Sequence record: SRR16203515_2613
DNA: 54,506 nt
Strand: one strand, 5' to 3'
Part shown: piece after piece, positions 1-8,413 of the stretch
How the letters are laid out: each line of letters opens with the position of its first letter
Numbering within the stretch: the first letter of the stretch is position 1
Notes under the pieces: generated by a model
Seen by the model: only the letters and a program-made list of their open reading frames with translations
The model's database searches: none
Told to the model about the DNA's origin: nothing
Made by a program: the position numbers and the translations under genes

Positions 1-170
1 AAGGCGGGGTCTGTTAGGTCTCCGATAATTGAAAAATCACTTGTATGACTCGGCTGTTTGTCGACGCCTACGACAACGGCTCCCGCGTTTTTCAGTGCCT
101 GAATAATGGCAATCCCAATACCGCCTGCCGCACCGGTAACCAAAGCTTTTTGGCCTGAGAGACTAATCAA
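1..170 (-). CDS. SDR family oxidoreductase, N-terminal part (runs off the window edge)
   Basis: Read by hand on the minus strand from TTG at 170: MISLSGQKALVTGAAGGIGIAIIQALKNAGAVVVGVD, containing the TGxxxGIG Rossmann motif. Start overlaps the desaturase stop. Not in the ORF track. Confidence 0.85.
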   Translation of the reverse strand, partial: MISLSGQKALVTGAAGGIGIAIIQALKNAGAVVVGVDKQPSHTSDFSIIGDLTDPA

Positions 171-1134
171 CGGTAAGCCCTCGAGGCGTCGTGAATCCGG
201 CATCTGTCTGTTGCTGCCGGATCATAATAATGATTTCACGAAGTGCACCGAATACGCCGTTCGTTGGTGTTGGACATTGATCCTTTATTGCGCGATGTAA
301 TCGGGGCAACGCATGAAAAGGCACTTGGGGAAACATATGATGCTCAATGTGGAAATTCATATTCCAGTACAGCACGCGAAGCATTGGATTGACGATCATG
401 GTACGTGTGGTGTGGCGGTGGTCTTTAATGTTTTGCGCCATTCCAAGATGCTGTGTCGCGAGGATAATGCCATGCGTAGGCGCCCCAAATGCTCTTGGCA
501 GGATGAACATCACAATGGGCACCCATGACTGTGCGATGAGTGACCAGACAATAATACCGATATAGATGACGAGATAGGTTTGTGCTTCTATAAAAGCCCG
601 GCGCATTTTTTTGACAGGAATACACCTGACGGCATCTTGCCCCGGCCGATGGAGGGCGAGCAAAACTGTGGCCCTAATAAAATACCAGACGCTGCCGATA
701 TCGATGAGCGCTTTTAAGATGAAATCTTTTGGTGTTATTGGATTGGTCAAAATAATTTCGGGATCATTTCCTGCCAGGGCGGTGTGCGAGTGATGATGAG
801 AATGAACGTAGCGCAACAGACACGGTGTTTGCTGAACCATTAACCCGGAAACAAAAAGTACGCTTTCGTTTAGAGTGTGATTCTTAAAGGGTGTGCCGTG
901 AGCGGTTTCGTGAGCCACACTTGTGGCGAATACCCAGATACCCCCGAACAATAAAAATGCGGGAATACTCCAAAGCGTGCCGATTGATAACAAAGCTAAC
1001 GCTCCTGTTATTAAAAGGAGCGCACTAAAATAAAAAAGGTAAACGAGTCCGTGCCAGTTTGTACGCTTCAAGAGCGCTTTTAATAGCGTGCGATCAATTT
1101 GGCACCGATGCCATTTATCAATTGGTTCGCTCAT
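163..1134 (-). CDS. Fatty acid desaturase superfamily membrane di-iron oxygenase (MocD-like)
   Basis: Three His boxes (HETAH, HSHHH, HIEHH), several hydrophobic segments, and a TQHLGM...TTRT...YWNMNFHIEHH region resembling rhizopine catabolism MocD. Confidence 0.8.
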   Translation of the reverse strand: MSEPIDKWHRCQIDRTLLKALLKRTNWHGLVYLFYFSALLLITGALALLSIGTLWSIPAFLLFGGIWVFATSVAHETAHGTPFKNHTLNESVLFVSGLMVQQTPCLLRYVHSHHHSHTALAGNDPEIILTNPITPKDFILKALIDIGSVWYFIRATVLLALHRPGQDAVRCIPVKKMRRAFIEAQTYLVIYIGIIVWSLIAQSWVPIVMFILPRAFGAPTHGIILATQHLGMAQNIKDHRHTTRTMIVNPMLRVLYWNMNFHIEHHMFPQVPFHALPRLHRAIKDQCPTPTNGVFGALREIIIMIRQQQTDAGFTTPRGLTVD

Positions 1135-1190
1135 CTGGATTGGTCGTGCTGCGATCTAAGGAGTTGGCGTTAAGTTATTTTCAGCCAGCG

Positions 1191-1559
1191 TTAAGATGTC
1201 CATCGCGGATCTTCAAATCGCTGAATTTCGATGAGATACCCATTGGGATCCCGCACAAACATTTGGTAGATCTGATAATCAGAATTGAATGTGGGCGGTG
1301 TTTCAATTGGGAGATGGTGTTCGGTAAAAATCTGTTCCCATTCGTCAACATTTTCGGTTACCAAAGTCAGAATTACTCCTTCTTGGATTTTAATTTCGGT
1401 TTTAGCGCAAAACCCAATGAAGCCACCTTGAGCGATTCGGTATATCCGACAACTCGTCTGATCGAGTTGAAGCGGCAGCTTCAGCACGTGCTCGTAAAAG
1501 TGAGTTGTTTTTTCAAGATCCTGTGTGGGCAGGAACGTAATGAAAGAATCGAAAGACAT
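1191..1559 (-). CDS. VOC/glyoxalase family protein
   Basis: 122 aa with DLEKTTHFYEHVL at the N-terminus and FVRDPNGYLIEIQ at the C-terminus. Confidence 0.85.
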   Translation of the reverse strand: MSFDSFITFLPTQDLEKTTHFYEHVLKLPLQLDQTSCRIYRIAQGGFIGFCAKTEIKIQEGVILTLVTENVDEWEQIFTEHHLPIETPPTFNSDYQIYQMFVRDPNGYLIEIQRFEDPRWTS

Positions 1560-1746
1560 TTCGGAGGCCTTGCTTCTTGCTAGCGTATTTTTTCAAATTA
1601 GTTTGCACACGTTTAACGAGTAGCGCTATTTCTAATTTCACTAATGTCGCGGTAGGTTAAAAATAATTCGCGTTTAAGTTGTAGCAAAAGCACGGTTCGC
1701 GGTAATTTAGGAGCCACTTTAAGCTCATTATTCAGGGATTACGCTG

Positions 1747-2577
1747 ATGCCAAGTGTCCTTTCGCAAGAGCAGATTGATCACTTTTATGAATTTGGTTAC
1801 TGCGCGCCAATCGACGTGATGTCGGAAGCAGAAGCGCACACGTTAAAAGCGGAAGTCGAAGCCGCCGAGCAAAGATATCCTGATGAGCTGGGATCGACCA
1901 ATAGAAATAACGCCCATCTTGCATTTCAGCGCCTTGATGCTGTTGCCCACCATCCCGTTATTGTCGAGGCGGTATGCGATCTGATCGGTCCAGACATTCT
2001 TTTATACGGGAGCGTTCTTTTCTTCAAGGAGCCCAACAGTAAAGGATTTGTTAGTTGGCATCAGGACTGCACTTATATGGGCCTTGTGCCTCATGCGTTT
2101 GTGACGCCATGGCTGGCGTTAACACCAAGTAATCCTGAGCTGGGCTGCATCAAGGTGATTCCGGGAAGCCACAAGGGCGAGGTAATGAATCATAACGACA
2201 CCTTTGGTGAAGACAATATCCTGACCCGCGGGCAAGCCATTCAGGAGATTGATGAAAGCAAGGCTGTTGATTTAGTTCTCAAGCCGGGTCAGATGTCGAT
2301 GCATCATGCCAAAACAGTTCATGGTTCGATGCCAAATCAGGGCGATCAGCGGCGGATGGGTATTGCACTCCAGTGTTATATGCGACCGGATACCCGACAG
2401 GTGATTGGCGAGAATTTTGCTCAAATCGTGCGTGGATGCGAAGGCGCGGAGGGTTTTACACCACTACCTCGTCCGGTAGCGGATATGGATGATGCGGGCA
2501 GGCAAGCTCGCCAACAAGCGAATACAAACTGGGCCAACATTCTCTACGATGGCGCTTCAACCGTTAGGGATTACTAG
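1747..2577 (+). CDS. Phytanoyl-CoA dioxygenase (PhyH) family Fe/2OG oxygenase
   Basis: LSQEQIDHFYEFGY start, WHQD (HxD), GCIKVIPGSH, VHGS.PN...RR distal His/Arg motif. Confidence 0.9.
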   Translation: MPSVLSQEQIDHFYEFGYCAPIDVMSEAEAHTLKAEVEAAEQRYPDELGSTNRNNAHLAFQRLDAVAHHPVIVEAVCDLIGPDILLYGSVLFFKEPNSKGFVSWHQDCTYMGLVPHAFVTPWLALTPSNPELGCIKVIPGSHKGEVMNHNDTFGEDNILTRGQAIQEIDESKAVDLVLKPGQMSMHHAKTVHGSMPNQGDQRRMGIALQCYMRPDTRQVIGENFAQIVRGCEGAEGFTPLPRPVADMDDAGRQARQQANTNWANILYDGASTVRDY

Positions 2578-2622
2578 CACGATTAGTCATGTAGTCATGA
2601 GGACTGCGATGTCGCTTTAGGT

Positions 2623-3384
2623 CTAGCCTTGTGGTTCAGGATTCTGCGTGTGGCCATCAACTGCGATCACCTGCCCACTGATGAGCGCCGCCTTCTCACT
2701 GGCGAGAAAAACGGCCATTTCTGCGATATCTTCGGGTCTGATCAGCTTCATCATGGATGATCCGCTTGCGTATTCAGCGAGCACGTCCTCGCGCGTTCGA
2801 CCTTTTTGCTCCGCCTCCCGATCAGCGACAAAATTCATGCGTTCGCCTTCGACTGGCCCGGGGCACAGCGCATTGGCACGAACATTAAACGGCCCAAGTT
2901 CGATAGCGAGCGTTTTCATTAAACCAATAACAGCCCACTTTGCAGAGACATAAGGCGAACGGTTGGCAAATCCAAAAATACCGGCGGTTGACGAGGTAAT
3001 AATTATTGAGCCGGCTCGTTGTGCTTTCATCAGCGGTGCGGTGTGTTTTGCAAACAGAAAAGCACCTTCAAGGCTTACCGAAACACAGGATCGCCAATCG
3101 TCAAGCGAGACCTCTTCAATAGGTGCGCCCGGGCCTGCAACACCGGCGTTTGAGCAAAGCGTATCGAACGATCCCCAGTGACCGTTAATTTCTTTAAACA
3201 ACGAATGAACAGCATCAGCATCGGTAACGTCCAGACAGGATTTATTCCAGGACGTGGGGCAGGATTCAAGTAACGCAGCGTTGTTATCGACAATCCAGAC
3301 GTCGGCCGATTCCCGCTCGAAGGTTTCAGCCATCACTCGTCCGATTCCCCCGGCGCCCGCTGTAATCAGAACGCGCTGTCTCAT
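2623..3384 (-). CDS. SDR family oxidoreductase
   Basis: TAGAGGIG, NAG, YVSAK catalytic motif. Start moved to ATG 3384, giving an ATGA overlap with the upstream ureohydrolase stop. Confidence 0.9.
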   Translation of the reverse strand: MRQRVLITAGAGGIGRVMAETFERESADVWIVDNNAALLESCPTSWNKSCLDVTDADAVHSLFKEINGHWGSFDTLCSNAGVAGPGAPIEEVSLDDWRSCVSVSLEGAFLFAKHTAPLMKAQRAGSIIITSSTAGIFGFANRSPYVSAKWAVIGLMKTLAIELGPFNVRANALCPGPVEGERMNFVADREAEQKGRTREDVLAEYASGSSMMKLIRPEDIAEMAVFLASEKAALISGQVIAVDGHTQNPEPQG

Positions 3385-4361
3385 TTTTTGAGTCTTCGAT
3401 TGCGTTTTTCGACCCACCAGGGTTGTTCACAGATACGACCCATGAACTCCACCATGATGTGTGCGCCCAAATACGCGGTGACGCCGGTCCCCACATCAAG
3501 CTGCGGATTGACTTCGACAAAGTCAAACGCAATGATCTCGGTGCGTCGTGCAATTGCGTCGAGCGTATCGCGCAGCTCGGCGTAGGTCATGCCGTTCGGT
3601 TCGGCAGAAACGCAGCCCGGCACCAAAGAGATATCAAGCACGTCGACATCAATGCTGACGTAGGTCTTCGCACCTTCTGGCACGAGCGCGGCAAGCCCTT
3701 CAGGACCCATGTCATGAAATTGTGTCATGGTCACCACATCATTGCCCTGCACAATGGAGTCTTCAATCATTTCTTCTGAATGCCTCAGGCTCCGAATACC
3801 CGCCTGAATCAGATTCTTCACATTAGGCATCGGCGCGATGTGGCGAAAGGCATGGCCATTGGTGAACTGTAGGTCATGAATAAACGGCGCATAGTCAGCG
3901 TGGGCATCAAAATGAATGACATAAATATCTTCTTCAATTGCGCGAACCACTGGGTAGGTGATTGCATGATCCCCGCCCATCACCACTAGCAAGTCACAAC
4001 CTTCAAGTGCCTGCTGTGTCATTTTCGTGGTGTTATCAAAAGTCTGTTTAATATCAGCTGGCCAAATATCAACATCACCGAGGTCAGTAATTAATCCTTG
4101 CGACATTTCGGTTTCAAGAAATTGCTTGCGATGTTCCGGATCATAGTAGCCCTTGCCTCCCTGGCCAAAACGAAGCGAGTGTTCTCTCAAGGCACGAGGC
4201 CCCATTCGCGAACCGGCCATAAAAGGCGAGCCCTCATCAGTGGGAACGCCCATCACGGCAATGCCCGTGTCAAGATTTTTGATATCGTTGCAGATCTGGG
4301 ATCTCAAAAACGAGGCAATTCCAACAAAGGGTTGGTTCAGTCGAAAATTCTCATCTACCAT
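3381..4361 (-). CDS. Arginase/agmatinase (ureohydrolase) family protein
   Basis: GVP.D...GSRMGPRALR, GGDH, DAHAD, SIDVD and EVNP motifs; GGAG RBS upstream. Confidence 0.9.
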   Translation of the reverse strand: MVDENFRLNQPFVGIASFLRSQICNDIKNLDTGIAVMGVPTDEGSPFMAGSRMGPRALREHSLRFGQGGKGYYDPEHRKQFLETEMSQGLITDLGDVDIWPADIKQTFDNTTKMTQQALEGCDLLVVMGGDHAITYPVVRAIEEDIYVIHFDAHADYAPFIHDLQFTNGHAFRHIAPMPNVKNLIQAGIRSLRHSEEMIEDSIVQGNDVVTMTQFHDMGPEGLAALVPEGAKTYVSIDVDVLDISLVPGCVSAEPNGMTYAELRDTLDAIARRTEIIAFDFVEVNPQLDVGTGVTAYLGAHIMVEFMGRICEQPWWVEKRNRRLKK

Positions 4362-4487
4362 GTTGATCTCCTTTTTGATTAATGAGCTTTTTTAAAAAAA
4401 GAGTGAAAAAAGCTGATTAATGTCGATTGCCGAAGGCAAATAAAAAACGCTAAACTGCTAGCATTCTACGATAAATTTTTCATTGCC

Positions 4488-5300
4488 ATGACCCAAGATT
4501 CCTTAAGCGCAGAGCAAATTGTTGATACGGCGCGTTACCCAATTCAGGATCTGAACTCGCCCGAAGGTGCAAAGCTTGTTGCAGCGTGCCGCGAGGAGTT
4601 TTCGGCCACAGGGCTTTGTATGCTGCCAGGTTTTGTATCACCCGAAGCGCTTGATGTGCTCGCTCATGAGGCCAACGGTCTTTTGGGGGAAGCCTATTTC
4701 TGTGATAGCACGCATAACGCGTATTTAAAGGATGCTGATCCTGGTGTGTCACCCGACGACGTGACGCAGCGTCAGGAGGCGACTTATGTAGGGTCTGTCG
4801 CATACGACTACCTACCCCAAGATGGCGCAATGAAGCGCCTTTATTTGTGGGATCCGTTGATGAATTTCATTGGCGGTATTCTTGATAAAAAACCGTTCTT
4901 TCGATTTGCGGATCCCCTGGGAGCCTGCTCGATTAATGTGTTTGTAAATGGTGGTCAACATGGCTGGCATTTTGACGAGTCGGAATTCACGATTACGCTG
5001 ATGCTGCAGCAACCAGACGGAGGCGGGCTTTTTGAATATGTGCCTCAGATTCGCGGACGGGATAATGAAAAAGAAATCGTCGGCGATGTGCTCGCCGGCA
5101 AGCGTGATGGCGTCAAGCAGCTTCCCTTTACGCCCGGCACGTTGTTGGTTTTTGGTGGCAACCAAACGATTCATCGGGTGACTCAGGTTAAAGGGAAAAC
5201 CCCGCGTCTGGTGCCTGTGCTTTGCTACGCTGAAACACCCGATCATAAAAACAGCGAACAGGTGCGGGAACTCTTCTGGGGCCGCGCGGATACCGGTTAG
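4488..5300 (+). CDS. Fe/2OG oxygenase of the BesD/HalD-like fold with HxD triad (predicted hydroxylase)
   Basis: DPLGACSIN, GWHFD, GGLFEYVPQIR, PGTL.VF.G..TIHRVT...R motifs. Confidence 0.75.
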   Translation: MTQDSLSAEQIVDTARYPIQDLNSPEGAKLVAACREEFSATGLCMLPGFVSPEALDVLAHEANGLLGEAYFCDSTHNAYLKDADPGVSPDDVTQRQEATYVGSVAYDYLPQDGAMKRLYLWDPLMNFIGGILDKKPFFRFADPLGACSINVFVNGGQHGWHFDESEFTITLMLQQPDGGGLFEYVPQIRGRDNEKEIVGDVLAGKRDGVKQLPFTPGTLLVFGGNQTIHRVTQVKGKTPRLVPVLCYAETPDHKNSEQVRELFWGRADTG

Positions 5301-5323
5301 TCGATCTCAGTTGTCATCTCGAT

Positions 5324-6331
5324 TTAGGCACCACGTTGTTTGAGGCTGTCTGAGACGAGGCTAATAATCTCAAACATGACCGCAGCGGCCGTATGGGCCG
5401 TGATCTGATTAGGTGCATCTTTGGTCGGCATCATGCACACCACATCGCCGCCAATAATGTTTTTGCCACGAATGCACCGCAATAGTCGCATTACCTCATC
5501 GACCTGAAATCCCTGCACCCCCGCTTCGATATTCGCGACGCCCGGCGCCACCGTGGGGTCCATACAGTCAAGATCAAAAGTCACATATACCGGCGCATCG
5601 CCGAGACGTTCATTAATAATGGCCATGGTTTTCTCGAGGCCGATCTCCCGGTAGCGTTTCATAGTAATGAGTTCGTATCCAAGATCCTTGCTGGGGTTAA
5701 GCCAGCTTAAAGTCCGCGGGTTGCCACGCATTCCAATCTGCACGCTGTGACTGGCGTCTATCAGGCCGTCGCGTACGAGATAGCTTGCCCAATGTGCGGC
5801 AGACTTTACGGCGCCCAGAAAATGCGGCACTTGCTCGTAGGCATCCGTGTGCGCATCGAAATGCAGAAATACGGCTTTCTCGCCGTTGGTGAGTTTCGAT
5901 TGAGGTCCTGAGATGCCTTGAATAATTCCGCCGGTGACGGCGTGATCCCCGCTTACTGAAACCGGTCGAGCACCGGCTGCGTCAATTTGACGATAAAAAT
6001 CGGTAATCCGTTCAATGCATGCCTCGTTGTTATTGCCTTCCGGCAATGGCACATCACCCAGATCATGAATGCGATGCGTTGCCCAGGGATCGATATTGAA
6101 CTCCACATGCACGCGTTTGGACATGGCTGAGACTTGACGAAGCGCACGCGGACCCAGATGCTGGTCTCGTTCCGTGGTGCCGTTGCCGGTGGAGTGGGGT
6201 ACGCCGACCAACGCGATATCGGCGTTCGCCGGATCACGATCCAAAGGCGTTCGAAACAAGGTGGGGATATCCCACCAGTAGAGCGACTCCAGCATCATTT
6301 TGTCGGAATCAGAAAGATGATCGGTATGCAT
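5324..6331 (-). CDS. Arginase/agmatinase (ureohydrolase) family protein, divergent
   Basis: PTLFR, GVP..GPRALR, SGDH, DAHTD and FDLD motifs. The canonical EVxP is replaced by CMMP. Confidence 0.85.
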   Translation of the reverse strand: MHTDHLSDSDKMMLESLYWWDIPTLFRTPLDRDPANADIALVGVPHSTGNGTTERDQHLGPRALRQVSAMSKRVHVEFNIDPWATHRIHDLGDVPLPEGNNNEACIERITDFYRQIDAAGARPVSVSGDHAVTGGIIQGISGPQSKLTNGEKAVFLHFDAHTDAYEQVPHFLGAVKSAAHWASYLVRDGLIDASHSVQIGMRGNPRTLSWLNPSKDLGYELITMKRYREIGLEKTMAIINERLGDAPVYVTFDLDCMDPTVAPGVANIEAGVQGFQVDEVMRLLRCIRGKNIIGGDVVCMMPTKDAPNQITAHTAAAVMFEIISLVSDSLKQRGA

Positions 6332-6416
6332 ATAAATTCCTTTGAAATTAAAACTTCTTATAATAAAAAGACAAACTTTTAATTAGCCATCTTTGATAGC
6401 TTAAATTGGATACGTA

Positions 6417-7805
6417 ATGATCCGAATTTACCAGTTTTTCGCTGTTATTTTTCTGAGCGCGATATTGTTTATCTCAGGTTGCAGTCAGTCATCGACTGAC
6501 GGCGGTTTGTTAAATCAAGAGCCGGGGGCAGATATCGATGGTGACGGCATTCTTAATGAAAACGACGTTGACGTAGACGGCGATGGCATTCCAAACGCAC
6601 TTGATCCGGATGATGATAACGATGGTGTGCTGGATGAATTGGATCTGGTGCCGCAACCCGATCCGAGCGCGGGTGTCTGTAAGTACCTCGATATTATCCC
6701 GCCTAATGACGAACAGGTTGCCGGGTCGACGGTTATAGTGAAGTGGAAGTTATATGGGGCTAATGGCCTAAAGAAATGCGTTGCGCCAGACAGCGGTCGG
6801 AGAGATCGTGCCTTGGCTTATAACAACGCCGCGCTGATCCCAAATCCATCTAAAAGTGTTCCGGTTGAGGTGGGTGCGCGTTCGGCGGCGCTCAAATTAC
6901 CGGATTGGTGTAATTCGAAGCAGGCGATTACTTACAGCCTGGAAGGTCTTGCTGCTCTATTAGGACAGACCGATCAATCAAGAGGCGCTTTTGAAGCGCT
7001 GATCAGTCATCCACCGAGGAGTTGTAGCGATGGAGGAGAGACGAGCTGCCCTGATGGCCAAGTGATCGTCGACGGCCAATGCGTCACGCCGGGAGGACCC
7101 GAGGCGATTGACTGCGAAGCGGGAGAGATCGAGGTCAATGGACGCTGTGAAGTGCCGGGTGGTGAAGGCTCTTATTGTCCTGAAGGGCAAGTCGAGATCG
7201 ATGGTGTGTGTGAAATTCCAAGCGAGGGATCGGATCCAAATTGTCCAGAAGGTGAGATCCCAATCGATGGCTACTGCAAGGTGCCGGATACCGGAATTGA
7301 TCAACCGACGCCGGGTTTGGGTTGTCCGGGCGATCTTGAGGAAGCCGCTGATGGATCCTGTCAGTGCCCGGGTGATTTGATTCCCGATGACGATAACCCG
7401 TTATCGTGCGTAGCGCCATGGCCTCTGCCTGATGAGTGTCCGGCAGATGAGGAACTGATCGATGGCGAATGTGTGAGCAACATCCCTGAATTTTTCTATG
7501 AGATCCCCGGTTGCCAAGTTTCAGGGCCTGTCATTGCTCACCAGCCTCAGGGGTCGGACGATCATGCAGAGTCAGAACGTCAATGTGCGGATTTGGGAGC
7601 GAGGTTGCCAACCTTAGATGAGTTGACGTGCATATATATGGGTCGAGACGCCGCCGAGTTCCCCTGGACTACGAAAACAAACGGCTATTGGTCGGCCGAT
7701 GAAGGAACGAACGAAGGCACATGGAGAGCGGTCAGTCCCTGGGGGACGCGACTTGATAATAAAGACCCTACCGAGCTTTTGAGCAGAACATGCGTTCTCG
7801 ACTGA
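6417..7805 (+). CDS. Cys-rich repeat lipoprotein with DxDxDG Ca-binding repeats and a C-terminal lectin-like (DUF1566/Lcl-type) domain
   Basis: Hydrophobic signal ending in lipobox-like ISG-C; DIDGDG/DVDGDG/DDDNDG repeats; Cx10C repeats; C-terminal CADLGARLPTLDEL...YWS...C. Confidence 0.7.
   Translation: MIRIYQFFAVIFLSAILFISGCSQSSTDGGLLNQEPGADIDGDGILNENDVDVDGDGIPNALDPDDDNDGVLDELDLVPQPDPSAGVCKYLDIIPPNDEQVAGSTVIVKWKLYGANGLKKCVAPDSGRRDRALAYNNAALIPNPSKSVPVEVGARSAALKLPDWCNSKQAITYSLEGLAALLGQTDQSRGAFEALISHPPRSCSDGGETSCPDGQVIVDGQCVTPGGPEAIDCEAGEIEVNGRCEVPGGEGSYCPEGQVEIDGVCEIPSEGSDPNCPEGEIPIDGYCKVPDTGIDQPTPGLGCPGDLEEAADGSCQCPGDLIPDDDNPLSCVAPWPLPDECPADEELIDGECVSNIPEFFYEIPGCQVSGPVIAHQPQGSDDHAESERQCADLGARLPTLDELTCIYMGRDAAEFPWTTKTNGYWSADEGTNEGTWRAVSPWGTRLDNKDPTELLSRTCVLD
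7047..7277 (+). repeat. Four tandem intragenic Cx10C repeats (about 21-22 aa period)
   Basis: CPDGQVIVDGQC, CEAGEIEVNGRC, CPEGQVEIDGVC, CPEGEIPIDGYC; a fifth copy (CPADEELIDGEC) lies near 7437-7472. Confidence 0.85.
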
Positions 7806-7978
7806 AGGCCTTAGCGGTTGTAAAGTGTCGGCAAATTGCAGGCTGCCGCAATAATGGCACGTCTTCCGGCCGCGAATAGTTGATTGAAGCATCGGGGGAT
7901 CACGATCTTTATTAATAGATTTTCAAAAGCCGTGCTCCAATTCAGACTTGAATCAATTTTTCAACAAGTGATTAGCTA

Positions 7979-8362
7979 ATGTTTAACTTAATAATTTTGA
8001 TCATGATGTCGTTGGCTTGGGCTTCAAGCTATGTCGTGATTTCGACTGTCGAGTTGACACTTTCGCCGCTCTCGATAAGTGCATCGTTGACAACTGTTGG
8101 CGCAATTGTGATGGTTTTTATTGTGCGGGTTATTCAAAGACGCCCACTTCTGCCAATATTGATCTCCAACCCTGTGCCGCTGCTTAATAGTGCGCCCGGG
8201 AATCCACAAAAAAACCGCCGCCGCCGCGTGATTTGTACGCATTGGTTTGGCGATGACGCACGATACGTCGATAAAAAATGGGAGTGTAATCCCAATGAGC
8301 GCGGCGAAGGATTAGTCGATCGTGGTCGGCTTGAGTGTTCGGTTTTTCCGCGAATTTTCTAG
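7979..8362 (+). pseudogene. Chimeric remnant: EamA/DMT transporter N-terminus fused in frame to a PhyH-family C-terminus
   Basis: About 65 aa with two TM helices (LAWASSYVVI...LSPLSI), then SAPGN...RRRRVICTHWFGDDARY...FP, typical of PhyH C-termini. Both halves are incomplete. Confidence 0.65.
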
Positions 8363-8413
8363 ATCAGACTTGAGAACTTGATTTAGATCAGAAAAAAACC
8401 GGTCTAGATAAAG

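Noticed and set aside
1059-1583. 174-aa plus-strand ORF and the many other short overlapping ORFs in the track
   Set aside because: They lie antisense or out of frame to well-supported genes and show no recognisable motifs; treated as shadow ORFs.
1747-2577. PhyH proteins (also 25585-26418) as SyrB2-like halogenases
   Set aside because: Both keep HQD (carboxylate ligand), not HxA/HxG, and no carrier protein or NRPS is nearby.
4362-4487. Guanidine riboswitch upstream of the ureohydrolases (also 6332-6416)
   Set aside because: The spacers are short and AT-rich, with no twin ACGR-loop hairpins or ykkC-like GC stems visible.
8216-8227. CGC/CCG trinucleotide run as a contingency repeat
   Set aside because: It simply encodes the RRRR of the PhyH-type motif and is too short.
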